A DNA stretch of 36,650 nucleotides, taken from NCBI GenBank assembly GCA_964359155.1, contig CAYHRN010000001.1, positions 1-36,650 on the forward strand, read 5' to 3'. The DNA comes from an uncultured Gammaproteobacteria bacterium (lineage in GTDB: Bacteria; Patescibacteriota; Patescibacteriia; CAYHRN01). A program made the translations under genes and the position numbers. Shown piece by piece: positions 26,245-34,290 of the stretch. Every line of letters starts with the position of its first letter. Within the stretch, counting starts at the first letter, position 1. The notes below the pieces were generated by a model. It did no database searches. It was not told where the DNA came from and was given only the letters and a program-made list of their open reading frames with translations.

Positions 26245-27396
26245 GTCATTCTCCTTCTTTACAATAGTAAAGAGAATGATATATATCCCCCACATTAAGC
26301 CTAATGACATTTTAGGAAAATTCATTGCTGCAAAGGGTAAAGCGGCAAACCATTCACTGATGCGAATAATATATTCAAGTGGTACAAAAGTAATGGCGCC
26401 AAGGAGTGATCCCACTGGTGGCGCAATAATACCGACCATGCCAGTAATAATCCCCAACAACATCACGAGCGGTACTACGGGTACTACTAAGAGATTGGTG
26501 ATAAGTGCCACAAAAGAGAATCGGCCAAACACATGCAAGATTAGTGGGGTAGTAGCTATCAGCGCGCCGAGGCTGGTGGCGATAATGCCTCGAAGGCCCC
26601 ATAAGCGAGGAGTAAATTTAGTTAAGCCTGTTTCAATAATGGGGGTAAGAAACAACAATCCTGCCATGGCCAAAAATGTGAGTTCAAACCCAAGATCAAA
26701 CACCAAAAGACGCGGGTTCACAGCAAGCATTGCGCCCGCTACGATGATGAGAATATTAAAGGGTTTCCCTATGCGCCCTACCACATGGCTTAACCCTAAG
26801 AGCGCTGCCATAATGCCGGCTCGCACCACCGATGCTTCTGCCCCCACCATGAGTACAAATGAAAGCACCATGCCAAGGCTTATGGCATATCGCATGCGTG
26901 GCGAAAGGGAGAACAGTGTCAGTATGCCCAGTATCATTCCTACTACAATAGTAATATTGTACCCCGACACGGCAATAATATGGCTAAGCCCTGCATCGCG
27001 AAAATCAACAATAAGATTTTTGGGGAGGTCTTTATTTTTGCCCAATAAAATACTGCGCATAAGGCTTGCATGGGGTTCGGGCAATGCCGCGTTGAGCGCA
27101 TCATCAAAATGCGTTTTTATATTCACCAGGAATGCAGGAATTTGTGGCGGCGGTGGTTTTTCTGGGCTTGCGTTGAATCGTGCAGCGCCTAAAAATGCAC
27201 TCGCACTACATGCGAGTGCTACAAGTAAGAGAGTTCCTCTATGATACGAATACGGCCGCAGCAGTAGTATGTATATTAAAAAAAGCGCAGATGCGCTTAG
27301 GGGAATTAGTATCCAGAATTCAATTTGTAATGATGCAAAAGCAATACCCAATATAAAGGCCAAAAAAAGTGTTACGAGCACACGCGAAGGGCTCAT
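26227..27396 (-). CDS. comEC: ComEC/Rec2 competence (DNA channel) membrane domain protein
   Basis: 389 aa and polytopic. LLGKNKDLPKNLIVDFRDAGLSHIIAVSGYNITIV is the competence-domain signature. The last codons and the stop lie inside the REP element. Confidence 0.85.
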   Translation of the reverse strand: MSPSRVLVTLFLAFILGIAFASLQIEFWILIPLSASALFLIYILLLRPYSYHRGTLLLVALACSASAFLGAARFNASPEKPPPPQIPAFLVNIKTHFDDALNAALPEPHASLMRSILLGKNKDLPKNLIVDFRDAGLSHIIAVSGYNITIVVGMILGILTLFSLSPRMRYAISLGMVLSFVLMVGAEASVVRAGIMAALLGLSHVVGRIGKPFNILIIVAGAMLAVNPRLLVFDLGFELTFLAMAGLLFLTPIIETGLTKFTPRLWGLRGIIATSLGALIATTPLILHVFGRFSFVALITNLLVVPVVPLVMLLGIITGMVGIIAPPVGSLLGAITFVPLEYIIRISEWFAALPFAAMNFPKMSLGLMWGIYIILFTIVKKENDGRRKL

Positions 27397-27405
27397 GGGA
27401 TTATG

Positions 27406-28353
27406 TTAGTGATTCTTTTTATAACACCATTGCAGCCACGTTACGGTTTTTTGTAAGCCTTGCTCAAGGGATGTTTTTGGCGTCCAACCAAGCTCTTGGT
27501 GAATATGCCTGGCACTCAAGCAGCTACGGTTTACGTCCCCTGGTCGTTCTGGGCCATAATGCGCAGGTTGTTGTGTGGTGAGTATCTTCGCCAGGTGTGC
27601 GTAGAGCGTAGTAATGGAAGTTTCTTTTCCCGTAGCCACATTAAAAAATCCCGTGGTATTCCCCTTCAGCGCCGCAAGATAGGCTTGTACTACATCACCC
27701 ACATATACAAAATCGCGGGTTTGATTACCGCTGCCATGAATAGTAGGCATTTCCCCTTTTAAAAGTTGGCTTGCAAGTATTGCTACCACACCACCTTCCC
27801 CACTAGCATCTTGCCGTGGCCCGTATACATTGGCAAAGCGCAACGATACAAAGGGAATGCCGTACCTGCGTTGGTAATACATTAAATAACTTTCTGTTGT
27901 AAATTTAGAAATACAATAGGGTGAGGTAGTCCAAGAAAATATATTGCGCGCAGGGTAATCTTCGGGTGTTGGCACGATAGCGGCTTCACTGTAAATAGCC
28001 CCACCGCTTGAAGCAAAAATTATTTTTTTAACCCCCCACCTACGTGCGTGTTCAAGAATATTAAGAGTACCAAGAATATTGGTATGGGCATCATGCACGG
28101 GGTCTTGTATGGAATGCGGCACGCTAATATGGGCTGCATTATGAATTACTACTTCGGGTTGCTCGCGTTCAAAAATAGCAGCAATTGAGCTATCGCAAAT
28201 ATCAACAAAGTAAAAGCGCGCATGAGGGGAAATGTATTCTTGTTTCCCATGGCATAGATTGTCTATCACAATAACATGGTGCCCCTCCTGTATCAGGGCA
28301 TCAGCAACATGACTTCCAATAAACCCAGCACCTCCTGTAATAAGAATTTTCAT
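27406..28353 (-). CDS. NAD-dependent epimerase/dehydratase (GalE-like)
   Basis: KILITGGAGFIGSH, catalytic YCISK (YxxxK). About 315 aa from the ATG at 28353; the track start is TTG. Confidence 0.85.
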   Translation of the reverse strand: MKILITGGAGFIGSHVADALIQEGHHVIVIDNLCHGKQEYISPHARFYFVDICDSSIAAIFEREQPEVVIHNAAHISVPHSIQDPVHDAHTNILGTLNILEHARRWGVKKIIFASSGGAIYSEAAIVPTPEDYPARNIFSWTTSPYCISKFTTESYLMYYQRRYGIPFVSLRFANVYGPRQDASGEGGVVAILASQLLKGEMPTIHGSGNQTRDFVYVGDVVQAYLAALKGNTTGFFNVATGKETSITTLYAHLAKILTTQQPAHYGPERPGDVNRSCLSARHIHQELGWTPKTSLEQGLQKTVTWLQWCYKKNH

Positions 28354-28437
28354 ATAACACAATAGCGCAGTATAGCAGAATACACGGTTTTACCAACCCT
28401 TGCCTTTTTAATGCTTATGTGTTAAAAGAATACCTAT

Positions 28438-30504
28438 ATGAAAATCGCGCTTTTGGGCCATCGGGGCATACCTAATACCTATGGTGGATTTGAAACATTA
28501 GCCCAAGAATTAAGTGTACGCCTTGCTGCCCTTAACAACAAGGTTATTTGTTATTGCCGCACGCAATACTTCAAGGAACATCCTACAAGTTACGAGGGTG
28601 TGAGCTTGGTGTATGTTCGTACGATTCCCTGGAAAAGTTTGGACACGTTGTACCATACATTTGTGAGTGCTTTGCACCTGATTTTTAAGAATACTGCTTC
28701 TACGGCCCTTGTAGTGAATGTGGGTAATGCACCCGCTGCCTTGTTGCTCAAAGTATGCGGCAAAAAAGTGGTGTTATGCGTGGATGGTCTTGATTGGCAA
28801 CGTAAAAAATGGGGGTATTTTGCAAAGCTGTATCTACAAGCCTGTTCGTATCTTGCGCCCTACGCAGCGCATGCGGTGGTAACCGATGCTGCTAGTGTGC
28901 ATACTTGGTATAAGAGCGTACGCAAAGTAAACAGCACCATGATCCCCTATGGCACTGACATTGAAGATGCAGCAGGGCACCCCACGATTCTTGTTGATTT
29001 AAAATTAACACCAAAAAAGTATTTTTTATACGTAGCGCGGCTTGAGCGTGAGAATAACCCTTTATACGTGGTGAAAGAATTTGTGCGTGCAAAAAGTCCT
29101 TATCCTTTAGTGATGATGGGTGAGAACCATTATAACAAGGCGTATGTACAAGAAGTGCAAACTGCTGCGGGTAAAGCTCGCGTGATCTTTACGGGAGCTT
29201 TATTTGGCACTGCGTACAAAACATTATTAAAAAATTCTTTGGCGTATATTCGCGCAGCAGAGGTAGGCGGCGCCTCGCCTGCCGTGATTGAAGCCATGGG
29301 CAGGGGCGTATGCGTGCTTGCCAATGACAAGCCTGAAAATAAAGAAATGCTTGGTGATACAGGAATATTTTATAACTTTACTCCAGGTGCTTTAGGGAAA
29401 CTGTTCACACGCGTGAATAAGAATCCTCGCGAAGCAGTTGCGTTGGGCGTGAAGGCGCAAGAACGCGCAGCCAAGCTGTATTCATGGGAGCATATCACCA
29501 TGACATATCAAGAACTTCTCCAAAATGTACAAAAGAAGGCTGCAATATCTATCCCCCCCATTCTCATTACGGGTGCCGGGGGTATGTTGGGTAAAGAATT
29601 ATATGATTATTTTTCACCGCATTATAAAGTAGTCGCTACCGATATTAATCTCACGAGCCCGTACATAGAATATTTAGATGTGCGCAAGTTCCGCGACTAT
29701 GAACGCATGATTTTGCGTGTGCGTCCGCAGTATATTTTCCACTTAGCTGCGCTCACCAATTTAGAGCAATGCGAGGCGCAGCGAACTAATGCTTTTACCA
29801 CCAATGCCATATCAGTAAAATATGCTGCGAAGCTTGCGTACAAGTATGGTGCCAAGTTGGTGTATATTAGTTCTGCGGGCGTTTTTGATGGGCGAAAAAA
29901 ATGGTATACCGAAACAGATGAACCTAAGCCTATTAATATATACGGGTTTACCAAATATTGCGGTGAACTGTTAGCCAAGCAATATGCGCCTGATTCACTC
30001 ATTCTTCGTTCGGGGTGGATGATGGGGGGCGGTGAGGCGCGTGATAAAAAGTTTGTGGCAGCGCTCGTGAAACAGATTGCCGAAGGCGCGAAAACTCTGC
30101 ATGTGGTGAATGATAAGTTTGGCACGCCTACCTATGGGTATGATGTGGCGCGTAATCTTGAAGTGCTCTTGAAGCACAAGGCTTCGGGCCTGTACCACAT
30201 GGTATGTGGCGGTTCGGCCAGCCGTTATGAAATTGCGTGTGCAATTGTAAAGAATCTTGGGTACAAAAACACCATTCAAGTGAAGCCGGTAAGCTCTCCC
30301 TATTTTAAAACCACGTATAGCGCCCCGCGCCCTCGCTCGGAGAATCTTGTGAATGCACGGCTCAATGCTGAAGGCTTGAACCGCATGCAGCCATGGGAGC
30401 ATTGTTTACGGCAGTATTTGGAGAGGGAGTTCTCGTATGCACGGAATCCTGTGGCGCGACGAGCACTTCTCTCGCTTAGATTCCAATTTCCAGGAACTAA
30501 GTAA
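28438..30504 (+). CDS. Fusion protein: DUF1972/GT4-type glycosyltransferase (N-terminal) plus RmlD-like dTDP-4-dehydrorhamnose reductase (C-terminal)
   Basis: 688 aa. N-terminus MKIALLGHRGIPNTYGGFETL (DUF1972-type GT) with a GT1 C-terminal lobe (EVGGASPAVIEAMGRG). From about aa 375, ILITGAGGMLGKELYDYF, YGFTKYCGE (YxxxK) and VNDKFGTPTY are typical of RmlD. Confidence 0.8.
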   Translation: MKIALLGHRGIPNTYGGFETLAQELSVRLAALNNKVICYCRTQYFKEHPTSYEGVSLVYVRTIPWKSLDTLYHTFVSALHLIFKNTASTALVVNVGNAPAALLLKVCGKKVVLCVDGLDWQRKKWGYFAKLYLQACSYLAPYAAHAVVTDAASVHTWYKSVRKVNSTMIPYGTDIEDAAGHPTILVDLKLTPKKYFLYVARLERENNPLYVVKEFVRAKSPYPLVMMGENHYNKAYVQEVQTAAGKARVIFTGALFGTAYKTLLKNSLAYIRAAEVGGASPAVIEAMGRGVCVLANDKPENKEMLGDTGIFYNFTPGALGKLFTRVNKNPREAVALGVKAQERAAKLYSWEHITMTYQELLQNVQKKAAISIPPILITGAGGMLGKELYDYFSPHYKVVATDINLTSPYIEYLDVRKFRDYERMILRVRPQYIFHLAALTNLEQCEAQRTNAFTTNAISVKYAAKLAYKYGAKLVYISSAGVFDGRKKWYTETDEPKPINIYGFTKYCGELLAKQYAPDSLILRSGWMMGGGEARDKKFVAALVKQIAEGAKTLHVVNDKFGTPTYGYDVARNLEVLLKHKASGLYHMVCGGSASRYEIACAIVKNLGYKNTIQVKPVSSPYFKTTYSAPRPRSENLVNARLNAEGLNRMQPWEHCLRQYLEREFSYARNPVARRALLSLRFQFPGTK

Positions 30505-30511
30505 CACATGA

Positions 30512-30600
30512 TGTCATCCTGAGCGGAGCGAAGGATCGCTTCAACGACCTTTTACGCTATATGCTACGTTAAGGGATTCCTCATTGCATTCGGAATGACA
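30512..30600. repeat. TGTCAT-family palindromic element of about 89 bp (two inverted units of about 34 nt)
   Basis: The left arm tgtcatcctgagcggagcgaaggatcgcttcaacg resembles the reverse complement of the right arm, tgtcattccgaatgcaatgaggaatcccttaacg. Sits between convergent genes. Confidence 0.6.
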
Positions 30601-30602
30601 GA

Positions 30603-31716
30603 CTAAGATAGCTTCCATGTTTGATAGCTTGCAATAAATTCTCCTAAGTTTCCCTCCAACACGCTTTCGGCATCATTGGTTTCAAACTTGGTGCGGTGGT
30701 CTTTCACCATTTTGTACGGGTGCAGTACATAGCTGCGTATTTGACTGCTCCATTCGGGTGCCAGCACTTTACCGCGAATACTTTGTTTTTCTTTGTCGAA
30801 TTTCTGCTCTTCTAGCTGCAGTAATTTTGTTTTTAAAATCGCTAGCGCCTTTTCTTTATTTTGTAGCTGGCTGCGTTCTTCTTGGCAGCTCACGGCAATA
30901 TTGGTGGGAATATGTACCACGCGTACGGCGGAATATGTGGTCTGCACGCTTTGGCCACCATGGCCGCCTGCTAAAAATACATCAATGCGCAGGTCTTCGG
31001 GCTTAATAACAATTTCGGGCACATCATCAAGTTCGGGCAATATTTCTACCAGCGCAAACGAGGTGTGGCGCATTTTTTCTGCATCAAAGGGGGAAATACG
31101 TACCAGGCGGTGTACCCCTGCCTCGCCTTTCAAATACCCAAAGGCATAGGCGCCGCTCACTTCTATGGTAACGCTTTTTAAACCCGCCTCTTGCCCTCGG
31201 CTTTCATCCAGCACATGCGCAGGCCATTTACGGCTATCGCAATATCTTAAATACATACGCAGCAACATGGCTACCCAGTCTTGTGCTTCAGTGCCCCCCA
31301 CCCCGGCATGGATAGAAAGAATGGCGCTGCGTTGGTCGTACTTGCCGCCAAATGAACGTGTGAAGGCACGGTCGCTAACGCGTTTTTCGAGTGAGGCGAG
31401 AGTCTTCTCTATTTCTTCTTGGTAGTCGCCGGCTTTAATTGAGGTATTTTCGTCGGGATCCAAATTTAATTCTGATAATTCTTCCAACTCGTGCAGTTCT
31501 TTTTCGTCCTTCTCTAATATTTCCAGTGACTCACTTAATTCTGCCAGCCTCTGACTTTTTTCTTTGGCCGTTTTTTGATCATTCCAAAAACCAGGGTTGT
31601 TCATCTCTTGCTCTAATACAGCAATTTCCTTGCTCCGCTTGGCAGGGTCAAAGAAACCTCCTCTCCTCGTCAAGCTTTTTTTGTAGCTCTTCGAGCCGAT
31701 TTGAAAATTCGGACAT
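30603..31716 (-). CDS. prfB: Peptide chain release factor 2, requires programmed +1 frameshift
   Basis: Frame 0 runs from ATG at 31716 (MSEFSNRLEELQKKLDEERRFL) to an in-frame TGA. The +1 frame continues DPAKRSKEIAVLEQ... to 30603. It contains the SPF motif (RISPFDAE) and the GGQ motif (GGHGGQSV). Confidence 0.9.
31647..31662 (-). promoter_or_regulatory. RF2 autoregulatory +1 frameshift site (AGGAGG-TTT-CTT-TGA-C)
   Basis: Slippery CTT TGA C is at 31653-31647. The internal Shine-Dalgarno-like AGGAGG lies 3 nt upstream (31662-31657), the same architecture as E. coli prfB. Confidence 0.85.
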
Positions 31717-31721
31717 AGATT

Positions 31722-32264
31722 TTAATGGGTATCTTTTGATTTTTTTTCCATGGCTTCACGTACCATTTTAGCTAGAGAGCTTTCTGGTTCTTCATGTGTT
31801 GTAGTTGCCTTTATTACTGCCTCTAATAGTACTATTGCGTCTTCTGGGTCAATCATGAAATTGGCATCTGCTGGAATTAGTTCTTCTGCTCCTATTAGGT
31901 TTTTTCGTTTCCAAGCATCCTCTTTATTAAAAGTATTCGCAGGAATAAGTTGTTTGGCTTCCTGAAGTAGCGCGCGAGCTTTTGGGAGTAGCTTTGCCCG
32001 ACGTTCGTATTCTTGTTTACGATCCAGTATTTTTTGGAGCGTCAATCGTACCGTGCCCAAAATATCTTCGAGAGTTAATTCTGTCCCAATTTCGTCTTTG
32101 CTCTCAAAAACCCCCACTGCATAATTATAATCTAGGTTTAGGCAAGAATTTAAATATTTTGCACCCCTCTCCGCACAAAGCGTTCTGATGTGCTGAATAA
32201 TATTTGTTATCTTTGTTTCTGGTGGTAATTCACTTTCAGGAGTTGGTCTTTGGTAATCGCTCAT
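31722..32264 (-). CDS. Hypothetical protein (180 aa)
   Basis: Complete ATG ORF with host-like composition, predicted helical and charged. Tightly placed between rmlA and prfB. No recognisable motif. Confidence 0.55.
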   Translation of the reverse strand: MSDYQRPTPESELPPETKITNIIQHIRTLCAERGAKYLNSCLNLDYNYAVGVFESKDEIGTELTLEDILGTVRLTLQKILDRKQEYERRAKLLPKARALLQEAKQLIPANTFNKEDAWKRKNLIGAEELIPADANFMIDPEDAIVLLEAVIKATTTHEEPESSLAKMVREAMEKKSKDTH

Positions 32265-32297
32265 ATGTTCTTATGAGTTTTTTAGTTTAGGTATATT

Positions 32298-33092
32298 TTA
32301 TAACTTTTTCTTCACTAACATTTTTAGCTCTTCGTTAAATTTTTCTATTGCAGTATTAATAAGCGGGTGGAACTGTTCATACAGTTTTTTCTGTTGCACG
32401 TAATTACTTGCCTCCATGAGCGAGTCAAAAGTACCGGCATCAAACCATTTACCCTTTAGTAGCCCTACTTCCAGCTCGCCTTTTTGTAAGTACCAATTGT
32501 GAAGGTCTACAATTTCTAATTCTCCCCTTGCGCTGGGTTTTACTTGCTTAGCTACTTCTACCACGCGTTCATCATACATATACATCCCAGGAATAGCGTA
32601 GTCACTGATCCAGGTTTTTGGTTTTTCTACAATCGCAGTTGCTTTCATCTGGACATCAAACTGTACCACACCGCTACGTTCGGGGTCGGGCACTTTTACG
32701 GCGAAAACTTTGCCACCTTTTTTAAAGGTTTGTATATCATGCGAAAAGTCGTCTTCAAAAATGTTATCACCCAAAATCATAGCAACACTGTCGTGGTCAA
32801 TAAAGCTTTCGCCCACAACAAAAGCATCAGCAAGCCCTCGTGGCACTTTTTGTACTTTAAACTCCAGGCGAATGTCATTGCGATCAAACATCGAGCCCAG
32901 CAAATTGATAAAATGCCCTGAATGCTCGGGGGCAATAATAATAAGAATGTCTTTAATGCCGCCCTTCACCAGCACATTCAGCGGATAAAAAATCATTTGC
33001 CGGTCGTACACAGGCAATAATTGTTTTGAGGTGGTGGCAGTAAGAGGAAACAGCCTTGTGGCTGCCCCTGCGGCGAGGATGATACCTTTCAT
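32298..33092 (-). CDS. rmlA: Glucose-1-phosphate thymidylyltransferase-like sugar nucleotidyltransferase
   Basis: 264 aa. MKGIILAAGAATRLFPLTATTSKQLLPVYDRQMIFYPL is the RmlA N-terminal signature. Confidence 0.8.
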   Translation of the reverse strand: MKGIILAAGAATRLFPLTATTSKQLLPVYDRQMIFYPLNVLVKGGIKDILIIIAPEHSGHFINLLGSMFDRNDIRLEFKVQKVPRGLADAFVVGESFIDHDSVAMILGDNIFEDDFSHDIQTFKKGGKVFAVKVPDPERSGVVQFDVQMKATAIVEKPKTWISDYAIPGMYMYDERVVEVAKQVKPSARGELEIVDLHNWYLQKGELEVGLLKGKWFDAGTFDSLMEASNYVQQKKLYEQFHPLINTAIEKFNEELKMLVKKKL

Positions 33093-33120
33093 ATTTGTTT
33101 ATTCTATACGCTATATCTGC

Positions 33121-33160
33121 GCACAACAATATTGACAGATTATTATTATTGTGCTATATA
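33121..33160 (+). promoter_or_regulatory. Near-consensus sigma70 promoter (TTGACA-17-TATATA) with an overlapping imperfect palindrome
   Basis: TTGACA is 33132-33137 and TATATA is 33155-33160. The inverted repeat gcacaacaat (33121-33130) / attattgtgc (33145-33154) matches at 9 of 10 positions and brackets the -35 box. Confidence 0.5.
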
Positions 33161-33222
33161 TTTCAAAGTCGTTTCGATTTCCTATGCATCCGGAAGACTC
33201 TTTTAGCAAGAGGTGAGTGGTC

Positions 33223-33396
33223 ATGACGAACTTGCAGGTGAAGTGTTTTTTTTCCGGAGGTGACCTAGAGCAGGTTGTCAACGCGTGGCTCAAGGCTACG
33301 AGTGGGGTTGAAGTCGTGTCCGTGGTTCAGTCGTGCGTATCGGGGGAGGCCGGCTACACCATCGTGTTGACCATTTTCTATAGGAAGAACGACTAG
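33223..33396 (+). CDS. Small protein (57 aa), GC3-rich, unknown function
   Basis: Below the ORF-track size cutoff. AGAGGTGAG Shine-Dalgarno 5 nt before the ATG. Sequence MTNLQVKCFFSGGDLEQVVNAWLKATSGVEVVSVVQSCVSGEAGYTIVLTIFYRKND. The pattern loosely recalls Cse60-type small proteins. Has its own promoter and terminator. Confidence 0.5.
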   Translation: MTNLQVKCFFSGGDLEQVVNAWLKATSGVEVVSVVQSCVSGEAGYTIVLTIFYRKND

Positions 33397-33487
33397 GGTC
33401 GAGATGCGATGATGATGTGGTGGTCCGCGGGGCGGATGACGCACAGTTGCGTGCCGCCCAGGGGATCTTCGGAAATGCAAGGGAGGG

Positions 33488-33547
33488 GGCGGAGGGGGTG
33501 AACCAGAGCACTGGCACTCCCCTCCGCCTTATTTTTTTATTTTTTAG
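33488..33547 (+). terminator. Strong intrinsic terminator
   Basis: GGCGGAGGGG (33488-33497) pairs with CCCCTCCGCC (33519-33528), followed by TTATTTTTTTATTTTTT. Confidence 0.7.
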
Positions 33548-33559
33548 GAATTCATTTCT

Positions 33560-33620
33560 GGTAGGCGCGGGCTTTAGCCCGCGTTCATCTAAGGTGCGCA
33601 GGCTAAAGCCTGCGCCTACC
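33560..33620 (+). repeat. REP doublet (REPIN-like): two inverted GTAG-hairpin units
   Basis: ggtaggcgcgggctttagcccgcg - ttcatctaaggt - gcgcaggctaaagcctgcgcctacc. Each half is GTAG plus a 7-8 bp GC stem with a 4-nt loop, and the halves are reverse complements of each other. Confidence 0.8.
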
Positions 33621-33640
33621 AGACGCACAATTCGTTTATA

Positions 33641-34171
33641 TTAAATTTCATTCCATGTATCGAAGTTATACAGCGTTGATCCTTTAAAAGGATATTGTTG
33701 CCAATTTTGTACAAGGTTTTTGCGTAATGGATTCGCAAGAATATACTTTACTTGTTTTGTAATATCTTCGTCTTTTCTGAGGATGTGATCGTAAAAATCT
33801 TTTTGCCACGCTGCGCCACTCTTGCATTGAGAGAGCCAATAGCCTGTTTTTTGTTTAAAGTTTTTCATGCACGTATAGAGATCGGACGATTCTTGTGTAC
33901 CTGTTAGAAGAATATGAATATGATCTGGCATAAAGAGATACACGTGGGCTTCGCAGGAATATGTTTTCAAGGATTGAAGTAATATAGCCTCGATTGCATT
34001 GAATCGTTCTTGTGCAGTAAAGAACAGCATTCTATTTTTTACACACATAGTAAATGCGGCACACACGGTGCCAGTATAAAGACTCCGATCTAGGCGATGC
34101 GATTTTTCGAGGATTGGTTGCATAGGCATATTGGATTTATTGGTAGTCGCAACCTTTAGGTTGCGTTCCAT
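33641..34171 (-). mobile_element. REP-associated tyrosine transposase (RAYT; IS200/IS605 Y1 HUH family) gene
   Basis: HUH motif in YLFMPDHIHILLTG and the catalytic Tyr context VKYILANPLRKNL. The first roughly 10 codons of the track ORF are a REP hairpin, so the real start is probably the ATG at 34129 or 34123. REP copies lie on both sides. Confidence 0.85.
34142..34165 (+). repeat. REP unit variant (GTAG plus hairpin CGCAACC-TTTA-GGTTGCG)
   Basis: ggtagtcgcaacctttaggttgcg. Relative to ggtaggcgcgggctttagcccgcg, three stem positions differ and all three are compensated on the opposite arm. Confidence 0.55.
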
Positions 34172-34244
34172 GGCTTTGGTTCTATAAAATCATTTTGTCA
34201 TTATAACAGAAGAGCCTGGCATACGCCCGGCTCTTTTTAGAAAG

Positions 34245-34274
34245 AAGGTGCGCAGGCTAAAGCCTGCGCCTACC
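34245..34274 (+). repeat. REP unit (single), identical to the right half of the 33560-33620 doublet
   Basis: aaggtgcgcaggctaaagcctgcgcctacc is identical over 30 nt to 33591-33620. Confidence 0.8.
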
Positions 34275-34290
34275 ATTTTGATGTTACAGT

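Noticed and set aside
26234-27244. 336-aa plus-strand ORF antisense to comEC; similar long antisense ORFs at 5676-6449 and 6621-7307 opposite RNase J.
   Set aside because: The translations are low-complexity (Ser/Arg/Pro/Ile runs). They lie fully inside well-supported minus-strand genes with strong motifs, so they are shadow ORFs.
33296-33644. ORFs 33296-33628 (minus strand, 110 aa), 33417-33644 (plus strand, 75 aa) and 33265-33480 (minus strand, 71 aa).
   Set aside because: They are translations of the terminator and REP doublet (for example VGAGFSLRTLDERGLKPAPT) and of GC-rich 3' UTR sequence, with no coding signal.
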